NCBI GenBank assembly: GCA_038064875.1
Contig: JBBTSC010000001.1
Span: 443,004-507,003 of the forward strand
Direction of reading: 5' to 3'
Source of the DNA: Patescibacteria group bacterium
GTDB lineage: Bacteria; Patescibacteriota; Saccharimonadia; Saccharimonadales; 2-12-FULL-41-12
Length of the DNA stretch: 64,000 nt
The translations under genes were made by a program, and so were the position numbers. Positions 1 through 8,097 of this stretch are shown in pieces; position 1 is the first letter of the stretch; every line of letters starts with the position of its first letter. The notes below the pieces were generated by a model. That model saw only the letters and a program-made list of their open reading frames with translations, had not been told where the DNA came from and did not search any database.

Positions 1-284
1 TCAACGCTCGAAATGAGCACTTCTCTATCGTCACCGACAAAGCTTTGCAATGCAAGGTTATTGGCTTCTGTCCCACCTGAAGTAATCACTATTTCAGTTG
101 ATTTTACACCTAAATTTTGCGCAATTCTCTGCAAAGAATCCTCAAAGATTTTTCTAGCTTCACGAGCAGAAGCATACTCAGCCGACGGATTAACCCAGCC
201 GAATTCTAATTCATTCATTTTCTTTGTAACACCCGGATCTACAGGTGTTGAGCTCGCATAATCAAAGTAATAGATTTTACTCAT
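1..284 (-). CDS. cysteine desulfurase / class V aminotransferase (NifS/IscS-like), N-terminal part only; the gene runs off the left edge
   Basis: My translation of the minus strand from ATG 284-282 gives MSKIYYFDYASSTPVDPGV...VITSGGTEANNLALQSF, a typical NifS/IscS N-terminus. Track ORF 13..261(+) is its antisense shadow. Confidence 0.7.
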   Translation of the reverse strand, partial: MSKIYYFDYASSTPVDPGVTKKMNELEFGWVNPSAEYASAREARKIFEDSLQRIAQNLGVKSTEIVITSGGTEANNLALQSFVGDDREVLISSV

Positions 285-303
285 TTACTAATTATATCTG
301 ATT

Positions 304-693
304 TTAGGATTGAAAGATTGGTTGATAGATTTCTTCAGAAACTTTTGCTTCATATATCTTGGCAGCCTTGATAAGACGACGAAGCTCCTCACTGCCCACT
401 TTTTGGTACTGCATCTGACCATCCTGAGCCTTAACAACTCCATCAGGCCTAATCTCGTACCGTGTTGTCTGATAATGATCTTGTCCGTTTGCATCAAGCC
501 ATTCTTCGTGCCAAATCCAAGTATGGCTATCCAGACAAAAGAATTCACGACGTCGGTTGCGTGGAACAGGGCCAAATAGCTTACCGCCAATCCTTGCCTC
601 ATGTCGCATAAAATCATTGCTAAGTTTTGTGGCTCTATCGACACCTTCTGTTGTATCGCTGAAACCAAATAAATTACTAAACCAATCGAACAT
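304..693 (-). CDS. hypothetical protein (129 aa)
   Basis: Track ORF. Its start overlaps the stop of the upstream ORF (TAATG at 691-695). No family recognised. Confidence 0.55.
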   Translation of the reverse strand: MFDWFSNLFGFSDTTEGVDRATKLSNDFMRHEARIGGKLFGPVPRNRRREFFCLDSHTWIWHEEWLDANGQDHYQTTRYEIRPDGVVKAQDGQMQYQKVGSEELRRLIKAAKIYEAKVSEEIYQPIFQS

Positions 694-1031
694 TACAGCA
701 AGCTCCCTTCGTGGGAATCTGCAAACGGTGTACCCAGTTCTTCACTACTTATAGCTACACGATTTGCCTCCGCTCTAACCTGATCAAGAGCTTCTTGATC
801 AAAGCCGTCTTGACTTGTTACAGCAAGCTCACCCGCAACAATCACCGGTGTGCTAGTTTCAATAGTAGGATGATTTTTAACAGCTTCTGCTACCTTTTGG
901 TCAACATGACTTTCAAATACCACAAGGTTCCGAACACCATGACTCACAAGATTTTGCCTATACTGGGCAATCTCTAGCGGAGTTCTTTCTATCTCATGTG
1001 GACTTGCTTGTCCTGTGTTACTGTAAAACAT
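693..1031 (-). CDS. hypothetical protein (112 aa)
   Basis: Track ORF in an operon-like arrangement, overlapping the end of tatD by 14 nt. No family recognised. Confidence 0.5.
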   Translation of the reverse strand: MFYSNTGQASPHEIERTPLEIAQYRQNLVSHGVRNLVVFESHVDQKVAEAVKNHPTIETSTPVIVAGELAVTSQDGFDQEALDQVRAEANRVAISSEELGTPFADSHEGSLL

Positions 1032-1809
1032 CCTTTGTATTACCGAATAATTCCTTCGTATTTCTTAGTGTTATGTTTGCTACTTGCTCAACGTCAACTC
1101 TCTTGAGGTCACTCAAGAATTTGGCTACCAATCCCACATATTCTGGTTTATTTATTTTACCACGATATGGCTTTGGCGTCAAATATGGTGCATCCGTTTC
1201 TAGTAACATCTTCTCCAGCGGGGCTTGCCTGATAGCTTCAAGCATTTCCTCCTCACGGGAAAAAGTGATTATACCATTTATGCCTACATAAAGTCCATAC
1301 CCTATTATTGCGTCCATATCTTTTTGGCTACTACTAAAACTATGTACAACTCCACGCACTTTTTTAAACTTGCTCAAAACCTCCCAAAAATCATCAAAAG
1401 CCCCGCGTACGTGAAAACTTACCGGCAAATCATACGCTATAGCTAGTTCTAGTTGCATTTTCAGTAGCTTCTTTTGATCATCTCTGGGAGAATGCTCATA
1501 ATAATAATCCAGTCCACACTCGCCAATTCCACTGATGTTTTCTCTATTTTCTTTAACTAGCTTCTCCAGCTCTACAAATTCATTTCTTGCCAATGCTTCT
1601 TTTGCCTCATGTGGGTGAATTCCCACAAGTGCGGTAACATCGCTGTTTTCGCCAGCAAATTTGATTGATTCTCTAGATGTTTTTAAGTCAGTACTGACAG
1701 CAACGATATGGACTACTCCCGCATCTCTAGCGTCAGCAAGCGTCTTCTTAATATCATAATCGTACTCAGAAAAATGAATATGACAGTGCGAGTCGGCTAA
1801 TTGGATCAT
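1018..1809 (-). CDS. tatD: TatD-family metal-dependent hydrolase/DNase
   Basis: N-terminal DSHCHI motif, about 260 aa, 4-nt overlap with metG. Confidence 0.85.
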   Translation of the reverse strand: MIQLADSHCHIHFSEYDYDIKKTLADARDAGVVHIVAVSTDLKTSRESIKFAGENSDVTALVGIHPHEAKEALARNEFVELEKLVKENRENISGIGECGLDYYYEHSPRDDQKKLLKMQLELAIAYDLPVSFHVRGAFDDFWEVLSKFKKVRGVVHSFSSSQKDMDAIIGYGLYVGINGIITFSREEEMLEAIRQAPLEKMLLETDAPYLTPKPYRGKINKPEYVGLVAKFLSDLKRVDVEQVANITLRNTKELFGNTKDVLQ

Positions 1810-3260
1810 TTTACTGATTCTATACGCGGGAAGAGTGGAGTTAATTCTTTAGCAACAACGCCACTTTTGAAAGTTGTGATAATTTTTTCTGCGGTCTCCG
1901 GCATAAACGGCAACAATAAGTCACCGATTTCAAGTAGACAACTAGTCATATAAGCTAGCACTTCTTTAAGGTGATCCATGTCACCTGACTTAGCAATAGT
2001 CCAGGGTTTTTGCTCATCAATATATTGATTAAGCCCTCTAATTTGTTGCCAAACAACTTCGAGCGCAAGATCAAAATGGCAGTTTTCTAGATGTTTGATA
2101 TACTCTGCGATATCGTGTTCTGCAGGTGGTATGTCGCCAATGATTCCGCCTTGATATTGGTTGATCATTGCCGTAGTCCTCTGCACCGTATTGCCCAGTT
2201 CATTTGCAAGCTCTGAATTAAACACCGCTTCAAATCGCTCCCTGGAATAATCCCCATCTCCATACGAAGGGATATGCCTTAAAAAGAAATAACGAAAAGC
2301 GTCCACGCCGTAGGTGTCAACTATAGAATCTGGTGTAACGGCATTCCCAAGACTTTTGCTCATCTTCTGACCGCCAACTGCATTGATATATCCATGTACA
2401 TAGACAATCTGAGGCAAATCAATTTCGAGAGCGAGCAATATTCCTGGCCAGATTGCGGTGTGAAAACGATTGATACCCTTACCGATAACCTGGACATTGG
2501 CTGGCCAGAAGTCGGCAAAATCTTTGTGTTCAGGATAGCCTAGAACAGTTATATAGTTCATCAACGCCTCGAACCAAACATACATAATCTGCGTATCATC
2601 GCCTGGAACTGGTATGCCCCAGTCCAATTTGTCTTTAGGACGGCTGATACTTATGTCCTCTAGTCCTCCGCGGATTAAAGCTAGGGTTTCGTTCCTTCGA
2701 GTATCTGGAATAACCCTAAAGCTGGAATTTTCGATTTTTTCTTTTATGACGCCTTGGTATTTACTCAGTGCAAAGAAATAGTTTTCTTCCTCTAGCCTCT
2801 CGTACTTACGATTATGGTCCGGGCAGACCCCGTTAGTTTCTTTAACATGTGCTTCTGATTTGTATTCTTCACATCCCGTGCAGTACCACCCGATATAAGT
2901 GTTTTTATAAATATCTTTCTTCAGTTTTTCCCAAATTAATTTAGCACGTTGTTGATGTCCTGCGTCTGTAGTTCTTATAAATCTGTCGTTGCTAATATTC
3001 AATTTTTTAATCAAATCTTTGAAAGCCTGACTATTTATATCTGTCAGTTCTTTGATGGGCATATTTTTTTCTTTAGCTTTTTCTGCGATCTTGCTACCGT
3101 GCTCATCCGTGCCTGTAGAGAAAATGACTTTCTTTTTATTCTTACGAGCATACCGTGCCAGCACATCCGCCATAACAAATTCCATTGCGTGCCCTAAATG
3201 CGGTGCGCCATTTACATAAGGCAATGAGGTTGTAACATAGTAATTATCTTTTGTTGACAT
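1806..3260 (-). CDS. metG: methionine--tRNA ligase
   Basis: HIGH-type motif (APHLGHAMEF), KMSKS motif (KMSKSLGN) and a CxxC knuckle (WYCTGCEEY). Confidence 0.95.
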   Translation of the reverse strand: MSTKDNYYVTTSLPYVNGAPHLGHAMEFVMADVLARYARKNKKKVIFSTGTDEHGSKIAEKAKEKNMPIKELTDINSQAFKDLIKKLNISNDRFIRTTDAGHQQRAKLIWEKLKKDIYKNTYIGWYCTGCEEYKSEAHVKETNGVCPDHNRKYERLEEENYFFALSKYQGVIKEKIENSSFRVIPDTRRNETLALIRGGLEDISISRPKDKLDWGIPVPGDDTQIMYVWFEALMNYITVLGYPEHKDFADFWPANVQVIGKGINRFHTAIWPGILLALEIDLPQIVYVHGYINAVGGQKMSKSLGNAVTPDSIVDTYGVDAFRYFFLRHIPSYGDGDYSRERFEAVFNSELANELGNTVQRTTAMINQYQGGIIGDIPPAEHDIAEYIKHLENCHFDLALEVVWQQIRGLNQYIDEQKPWTIAKSGDMDHLKEVLAYMTSCLLEIGDLLLPFMPETAEKIITTFKSGVVAKELTPLFPRIESVK

Positions 3261-3277
3261 AGGTTAGTTCTATTTTA

Positions 3278-4315
3278 TCACTTTGAAATTGGTTTTAGTC
3301 TTTTTTCTTGGACCGAGTGAATTATTGAAGCTGTGATCACCACAACACCACTGAGCCCTGTGATGTACTCAGGAATCTCGTATTTGAGGCTAAGTATCAT
3401 GATCACCGCCAAAAGCCCAATAGCATAATGCGCCCCATGCTCCATGTATCTATAATTATCAAGCGTGTTACTTCTAAGCATATGGATAGTCATACTCCTC
3501 ACATAGATAGCACCTATCCCTAAGCCCACAGCGATGATCAAAATTTCCTTTGTTATTGCAAAAGCCCCGATAACACTATCTAGACTAAAGCTAGCATCTA
3601 CAACCTGTAGGTATATAAAGCCTATCAGCCCAGCTTTGAACGTTGCCTTTGCGCCTTTTGTGAGCGTCTTGTTGACGCCAGAGCGTGCTAGGACTATGTT
3701 CATCGCCCTGATAGCCAAGTAGACGAACATACCGACAATACCTGCCGTAAAGACATCTATTCTATGACTAGGATCAACCAAACTCGCAGCAAAAGGCAGG
3801 ACTAAAAGAGCAATCATTACGGTCAGACTTTCCATAGTTCCGGCTTTCATCATGATTGACTCAATTCCCTTAAGCCAACGAACTTTCTTGTTCTCAAAAA
3901 AGAAATCAAGCGCCAACATCAAAAGAAATATTCCACCAAAACTAGATATCATGTAATGAGCCTCATCGAGTAAATGTGCGTATTGCTCAGGATCATTAAG
4001 TGCCATATTCGTAATTTCAACTACGCTACTGCCGGCTATCATCGACACGATGAGTAGTGGTAAAAACACCCTGACACCAAAAACTGCTATCGGTATACCC
4101 ACCCAAATAAATGCCTGTTGCCAACCAGTGCTCATATTTTTTAATATTTTGGCATTGATGACTGCGTTGTCGAAACTAAAGGTAATCTCAAGTGCAGCTA
4201 ATACCAAAGTCAATATCAGAGCGCTCGTGCCAATCTTCCAACCAACCAAACCAATCAAGATCAAGCTGATAGCAGTCGATGTACCGTAAAATCGAATTAA
4301 GCTTTTATTATTCAT
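3278..4315 (-). CDS. integral membrane protein, DUF475/TerC-like
   Basis: Multi-TM protein with an FSFDNAVINA motif typical of the DUF475/TerC superfamily. Confidence 0.65.
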   Translation of the reverse strand: MNNKSLIRFYGTSTAISLILIGLVGWKIGTSALILTLVLAALEITFSFDNAVINAKILKNMSTGWQQAFIWVGIPIAVFGVRVFLPLLIVSMIAGSSVVEITNMALNDPEQYAHLLDEAHYMISSFGGIFLLMLALDFFFENKKVRWLKGIESIMMKAGTMESLTVMIALLVLPFAASLVDPSHRIDVFTAGIVGMFVYLAIRAMNIVLARSGVNKTLTKGAKATFKAGLIGFIYLQVVDASFSLDSVIGAFAITKEILIIAVGLGIGAIYVRSMTIHMLRSNTLDNYRYMEHGAHYAIGLLAVIMILSLKYEIPEYITGLSGVVVITASIIHSVQEKRLKPISK

Positions 4316-4357
4316 TTCTTGCTAGATATTATAGCACGCTCTAACCTGTTACAATGC

Positions 4358-4386
4358 TTGTGTTTTGTTGTGATTTGTGCTATAAT
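4358..4386 (+). promoter_or_regulatory. candidate sigma70-type promoter of ssrA
   Basis: TTGTGT (4358-4363), 17-nt spacer, extended -10 TGcTATAAT (4378-4386), 9 nt before the tmRNA 5' GGGG. Confidence 0.45.
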
Positions 4387-4395
4387 TTTACTAAT

Positions 4396-4793
4396 GGGGC
4401 TGATTTTAGCTCGACATTGGACTTTTACAGATTGGTTCGCATATCGCTTGCTGAGCGTCATACGGCAAAACCCTTAACTGCAAATGCATTTAAGAGCGTA
4501 AAGAATTTTGTTGCTAGTATTTTTACTCCTCAATATTCTTACGCAATAGCCTAAGTTTAATCTTAAGCCACGGACTTGATCGACATCAGATAGATCATCT
4601 TCCGTGTTATATTATCTGATTGCTAGAATCCCGCGCCTCTTTCCGTGGATTCTCTAAGACCATGAAAGATGCGAAAATATCGTTTTGTTTGTTTAACCGA
4701 TGTTTTCTAAGACAACTCAAACAAACTAAATATGTAGAAGACCAGTCAAAGTAAAACCGATGGACGTGGGTGCAATACCCACCAGCTCCACCA
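4396..4793 (+). ncRNA. ssrA: tmRNA (SsrA)
   Basis: 5' GGGGCTGATTTTAGCTCGAC and 3' GGACGTGGGTGCAATACCCACCAGCTCCACCA form the tRNA-Ala-like domain. The internal tag frame ends ...SIFTPQYSYAIA then TAA (4552-4554). Confidence 0.85.
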
Positions 4794-4798
4794 AAAAC

Positions 4799-4825
4799 AC
4801 ATCAGCGAAAGCTGGTGTTTTTTTA
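4799..4825 (+). terminator. intrinsic terminator after ssrA
   Basis: An 8-bp stem (ACATCAGC/GCTGGTGT, one G:U) with a GAAA loop, followed by a T-run. Confidence 0.55.
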
Positions 4826-4885
4826 TTAGACGACTACCCTTTGAGAGCAAATGACTGATATAATACCAGCAATTAAAGGGAAAAT

Positions 4886-5053
4886 ATGAGTAAATCAAAG
4901 AATCTAACAACGCCTCAGTTGCTTACTATCACATTAGTTTGCGTGGCATTGTGGCAAATACTGGGATCTGGGAAATTTCTCGGTTCGATGTTCTTTATTC
5001 TTGCTTTAATATTTGGCTTATTCACAATATCTAACTTTTTTAGAAAAAAATGA
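4886..5053 (+). CDS. small membrane protein (55 aa), below the ORF-track cutoff
   Basis: My translation: MSKSKNLTTPQLLTITLVCVALWQILGSGKFLGSMFFILALIFGLFTISNFFRKK. Two hydrophobic helices; AAAGGGAAAA lies upstream. Confidence 0.45.
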   Translation: MSKSKNLTTPQLLTITLVCVALWQILGSGKFLGSMFFILALIFGLFTISNFFRKK

Positions 5054-5223
5054 AGTTTTATATATATTTAGGAATTACGGTTGGTGGAGCTCTAGGTGGC
5101 TGGATAGGAACAATGCTGGACCATGGAAATGGGTTTGGACCGTGGAGTTTACTTCTTAGTACAGTTGGTGGGTTTGGCGGACTCTACATCGGTTATAAAT
5201 TTGGGAAAGCTGTTGGCAATTAG
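5050..5223 (+). CDS. small Gly-rich membrane protein (57 aa), below the ORF-track cutoff
   Basis: ATGA overlap with the previous micro-ORF. Sequence: MKFYIYLGITVGGALGGWIGTMLDHGNGFGPWSLLLSTVGGFGGLYIGYKFGKAVGN. Confidence 0.45.
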   Translation: MKFYIYLGITVGGALGGWIGTMLDHGNGFGPWSLLLSTVGGFGGLYIGYKFGKAVGN

Positions 5224-5366
5224 GTTTTAGGTCTGTTCCAGGCTATACTATAGATGTAAGAACTGAGAATTTCTCAGATATAACTCCGGAAGGTAGACGA
5301 TAATGTCAAAAGATAAAGGCCGAAAAGAAGTCAAAAAACCTAAGAAAATAAAGACTTAAGGTTTAT

Positions 5367-5618
5367 ATGATACAAAAGAACACAAAAGCAACTGCTCTAA
5401 AGATGATGGAAGAAGCAGGAGTTCATGACGCTCTTAGAGTTATGGAAAAAGACACTACGCTAAAGACAGAAGCTAGCTATAGTGGAAATGTAAATCTATA
5501 TCCTGATCACCAAATACCTTTTGTCGAAAAGCATATCACCTATCTTTTAGCGCATCCAAAAGTTGACCCAAAGCATTATTTGTCTAACCTCAGACTGATG
5601 CTCCGCGTCAAATCATAG
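5367..5618 (+). CDS. hypothetical protein (83 aa)
   Basis: Track ORF. No family recognised. Confidence 0.45.
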   Translation: MIQKNTKATALKMMEEAGVHDALRVMEKDTTLKTEASYSGNVNLYPDHQIPFVEKHITYLLAHPKVDPKHYLSNLRLMLRVKS

Positions 5619-5626
5619 CCTTCACA

Positions 5627-6040
5627 TCATAGTTTTGTCATATCTTTGTTGATAGTCTTTAGGGTTTTGATAATCTCGTCTTTTTTATTTATTTTGGAAA
5701 TTTTATTATTGAAATAACCATCAATGACTTTGTTACAGTTTTTTAGAACGAGCGCGCCCTTTTTAGTCAGTGCGATTACCTTCACCCTATCATCTGTGCG
5801 ATTATTTTTTCTTTTAATTATTAGCTCTTTTTCAAGCATTGCGATCTGTCGACTTATAGATGCTTCTGTCTTTCCTAAATTTTTAGAAATAATATTCGAC
5901 GTGTTATGACCTTCATTAATCTGCACGAGTATCAAAAATTTCGCATACGTTATGCCTAATCTCTCGCGGAGTATCTGGTCTGTGACACGACGATAGTTGT
6001 TCGACAATATTAGAGCTTGTTCAATAACTTCTGCTTTCAT
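5627..6040 (-). CDS. MarR-family transcriptional regulator
   Basis: Winged-HTH pattern (...ISKNLGKTEASISRQIAMLEKELIIKRKNNRTDDRVKVIALTKKG). I chose ATG 6040, which gives an ATGA overlap with the rsmA stop. Confidence 0.8.
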   Translation of the reverse strand: MKAEVIEQALILSNNYRRVTDQILRERLGITYAKFLILVQINEGHNTSNIISKNLGKTEASISRQIAMLEKELIIKRKNNRTDDRVKVIALTKKGALVLKNCNKVIDGYFNNKISKINKKDEIIKTLKTINKDMTKL

Positions 6041-6834
6041 ATAATACCCTCGTTTTTTAAAGTTTTGCATAGTACCTTCCAGTCGCTAACCTGCAAGTTT
6101 TGAGGACGAAGAGTTAAATCGACATCTTTGTGTTTACTTAAAACTTGTTCAAGGGTAGATTTTTCAATACCTAGCCCGCCTTGAAGCGAATTAAGAAGTG
6201 TTTTTCTTTTACTGTTAAACGCCAACTTGGCTAGACGAAACACTTGCCCTACTTCCTCCTCGGTTAGTTCCGGCCTATCGAGACGAACAAGTTTTACCAC
6301 TTGTGATTCGACTTTTGGCGGTGGGCTGAAAGCCTCTTTTCCTACTACAACACCGAGGGAAACTTCAAAATAAATCTTTGCAGCGAGCGACAAAAGAGAC
6401 ATATCACCCTCTTTGCCAACGAGCCTCTGGGCAACTTCTTTTTGTATCAGCAGGACAATTTCTTTTGGAAGATTTTCGCTCTCTGTAATGTTGCGAATCA
6501 ACTTTGAGGTCAGATAGTAAGGAATATTTGCCACTATTTTGAAATCTTTGGGCAAAGTGCTGAAGTCAAATTCCAAAATGTCTTGATTAATGACTTTTAA
6601 ATTATCAGCTTTTACTTTGTTCTTTAGCATGCTCGCCAAAGTATCATCAAATTCTATAGCCAAAACTTCTGATGCCTGAGCAACCAAATATTGAGTTAAA
6701 ACCCCATGACCTGGGCCAATCTCTAGAACAAAATCTTCTGAGTTCAGGTCCGCAAATTCTACTATTGCGTCTAAACTTCCTACGTCTACCAACCAATGTT
6801 GGCCGAGTGACTTCTTTGCAAAAGGTGTATCCAT
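6037..6834 (-). CDS. rsmA: 16S rRNA (adenine1518/1519-N6)-dimethyltransferase
   Basis: KKSLGQHWL and EIGPGHGVLT SAM motifs. Start trimmed to ATG 6834, just after the upstream stop at 6836. Confidence 0.9.
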   Translation of the reverse strand: MDTPFAKKSLGQHWLVDVGSLDAIVEFADLNSEDFVLEIGPGHGVLTQYLVAQASEVLAIEFDDTLASMLKNKVKADNLKVINQDILEFDFSTLPKDFKIVANIPYYLTSKLIRNITESENLPKEIVLLIQKEVAQRLVGKEGDMSLLSLAAKIYFEVSLGVVVGKEAFSPPPKVESQVVKLVRLDRPELTEEEVGQVFRLAKLAFNSKRKTLLNSLQGGLGIEKSTLEQVLSKHKDVDLTLRPQNLQVSDWKVLCKTLKNEGII

Positions 6835-6835
6835 A

Positions 6836-8002
6836 TTATCTGTAAATATCCTGTAGCCCCATTTTGTTCTTACAGGTTGGCCATGGTTGCCAACCACGTC
6901 GCTTGTAAGTCTCCCAAGCTTTTTGGTCTTGTACAGATGGAGGGGCTTGAGCAGCATTGAGATATCCACCATAATTGTTCCAGGTACCTACATCGAACTG
7001 ATATGCCCCGTAATAGCCATTCCCCGTAGCGCTTGTGTAGCTACCTTCACAACTCCGCAGACGTGACAATGCAGATGCAAAATCACCATCAAATTTAGCA
7101 TCTTGATTTGCTTTTGCGCCACGAGCGACTAGTTTCCTGACCGGCTGTAGAACAATTATTTCTTGCAGGGCTTTCTTACTGCCATTTTGAGATACTTCGT
7201 AAATGACTACTTTTTTGCCAACTGCTCCTTCTTCTCTGACTTTAGAAGAACCAATAGGCAAATCTGTACTATCTACATATTCTATTTTCTGAGCGATTGC
7301 TTCTTCTGTCGTAGTTATTTGTTTGCCTGGCTCCGTGATGAAAACTACATCGTTAGCTTTTAATTTTGCTTCTGGTTTGGGTAAAATAGAACTGTTATCA
7401 TAGTTAATCTTTCGCTCACGAGCCAAATCCGCAACTGTATTGGCTTGAGTACGAATGTCATAAATAACTCCATAGAGGCTTAGCTTTATCGGCAATGCCC
7501 GATCGATCACAATTTTTTCTCCCACTATCCCGCTACCTAAAGGATCGTTAGAAGTAGCAACGTCGATTTTGTCTTCTGGATATACCTTGAGGCCTGCTCT
7601 TTTAGCGATCTCCTCGGGTCGTCGTTCTGCGAGCCTGGCAGTAATCGGCTTATTATTGTCGTCGATGATAGTCACAGGCCGGGAATAATAGACATTAATA
7701 CTGAATTTATCCCCTGTTATCGGAGCGTCGCGAGCAGGCTCAACAACATCTTCCTCCCGCAAATTTATATTCATAGACTCCAGCAACTCTCCAACGCTTT
7801 TTGCCCTTGTTGGTATGGTTTTTGTACTACCATCTATGGTAATCCGAACCGCATGAACATCATCTGCACCTGATAGTGATCCGCCGAAAAATATGAAGCC
7901 AACAAAAGACATCACAACTAACAAAAAAGTTGTTGCGACTGGAATGATCAGTCTGTGACTTAACACGTTCGTGTTCTTGTTATTCCTTTTATTCTTCATC
8001 AC
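6836..8002 (-). CDS. RpfB-like secreted muralytic protein (DUF348 repeats, G5 domain, Rpf-type transglycosylase-like domain)
   Basis: N-terminal TM helix. C-terminus CEGSYTSATGNGYYGAYQFDVGTWNNYGG...GWQPWPTC matches the resuscitation-promoting-factor catalytic domain. Confidence 0.8.
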   Translation of the reverse strand: MMKNKRNNKNTNVLSHRLIIPVATTFLLVVMSFVGFIFFGGSLSGADDVHAVRITIDGSTKTIPTRAKSVGELLESMNINLREEDVVEPARDAPITGDKFSINVYYSRPVTIIDDNNKPITARLAERRPEEIAKRAGLKVYPEDKIDVATSNDPLGSGIVGEKIVIDRALPIKLSLYGVIYDIRTQANTVADLARERKINYDNSSILPKPEAKLKANDVVFITEPGKQITTTEEAIAQKIEYVDSTDLPIGSSKVREEGAVGKKVVIYEVSQNGSKKALQEIIVLQPVRKLVARGAKANQDAKFDGDFASALSRLRSCEGSYTSATGNGYYGAYQFDVGTWNNYGGYLNAAQAPPSVQDQKAWETYKRRGWQPWPTCKNKMGLQDIYR

Positions 8003-8097
8003 CTGCTATTGTTAGTTATCTCTGGTAGTATCAATTTCTAAAATATCTGTTTTTCTACAATTGAACTAACAATGTAAACTACATTTTACCATATATC

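Noticed and set aside
5303-5359. An 18-codon Lys-rich micro-ORF (MSKDKGRKEVKKPKKIKT).
   Set aside because: It is too short, has no clear SD, and nothing I can see speaks to its conservation. It is mentioned only for completeness.
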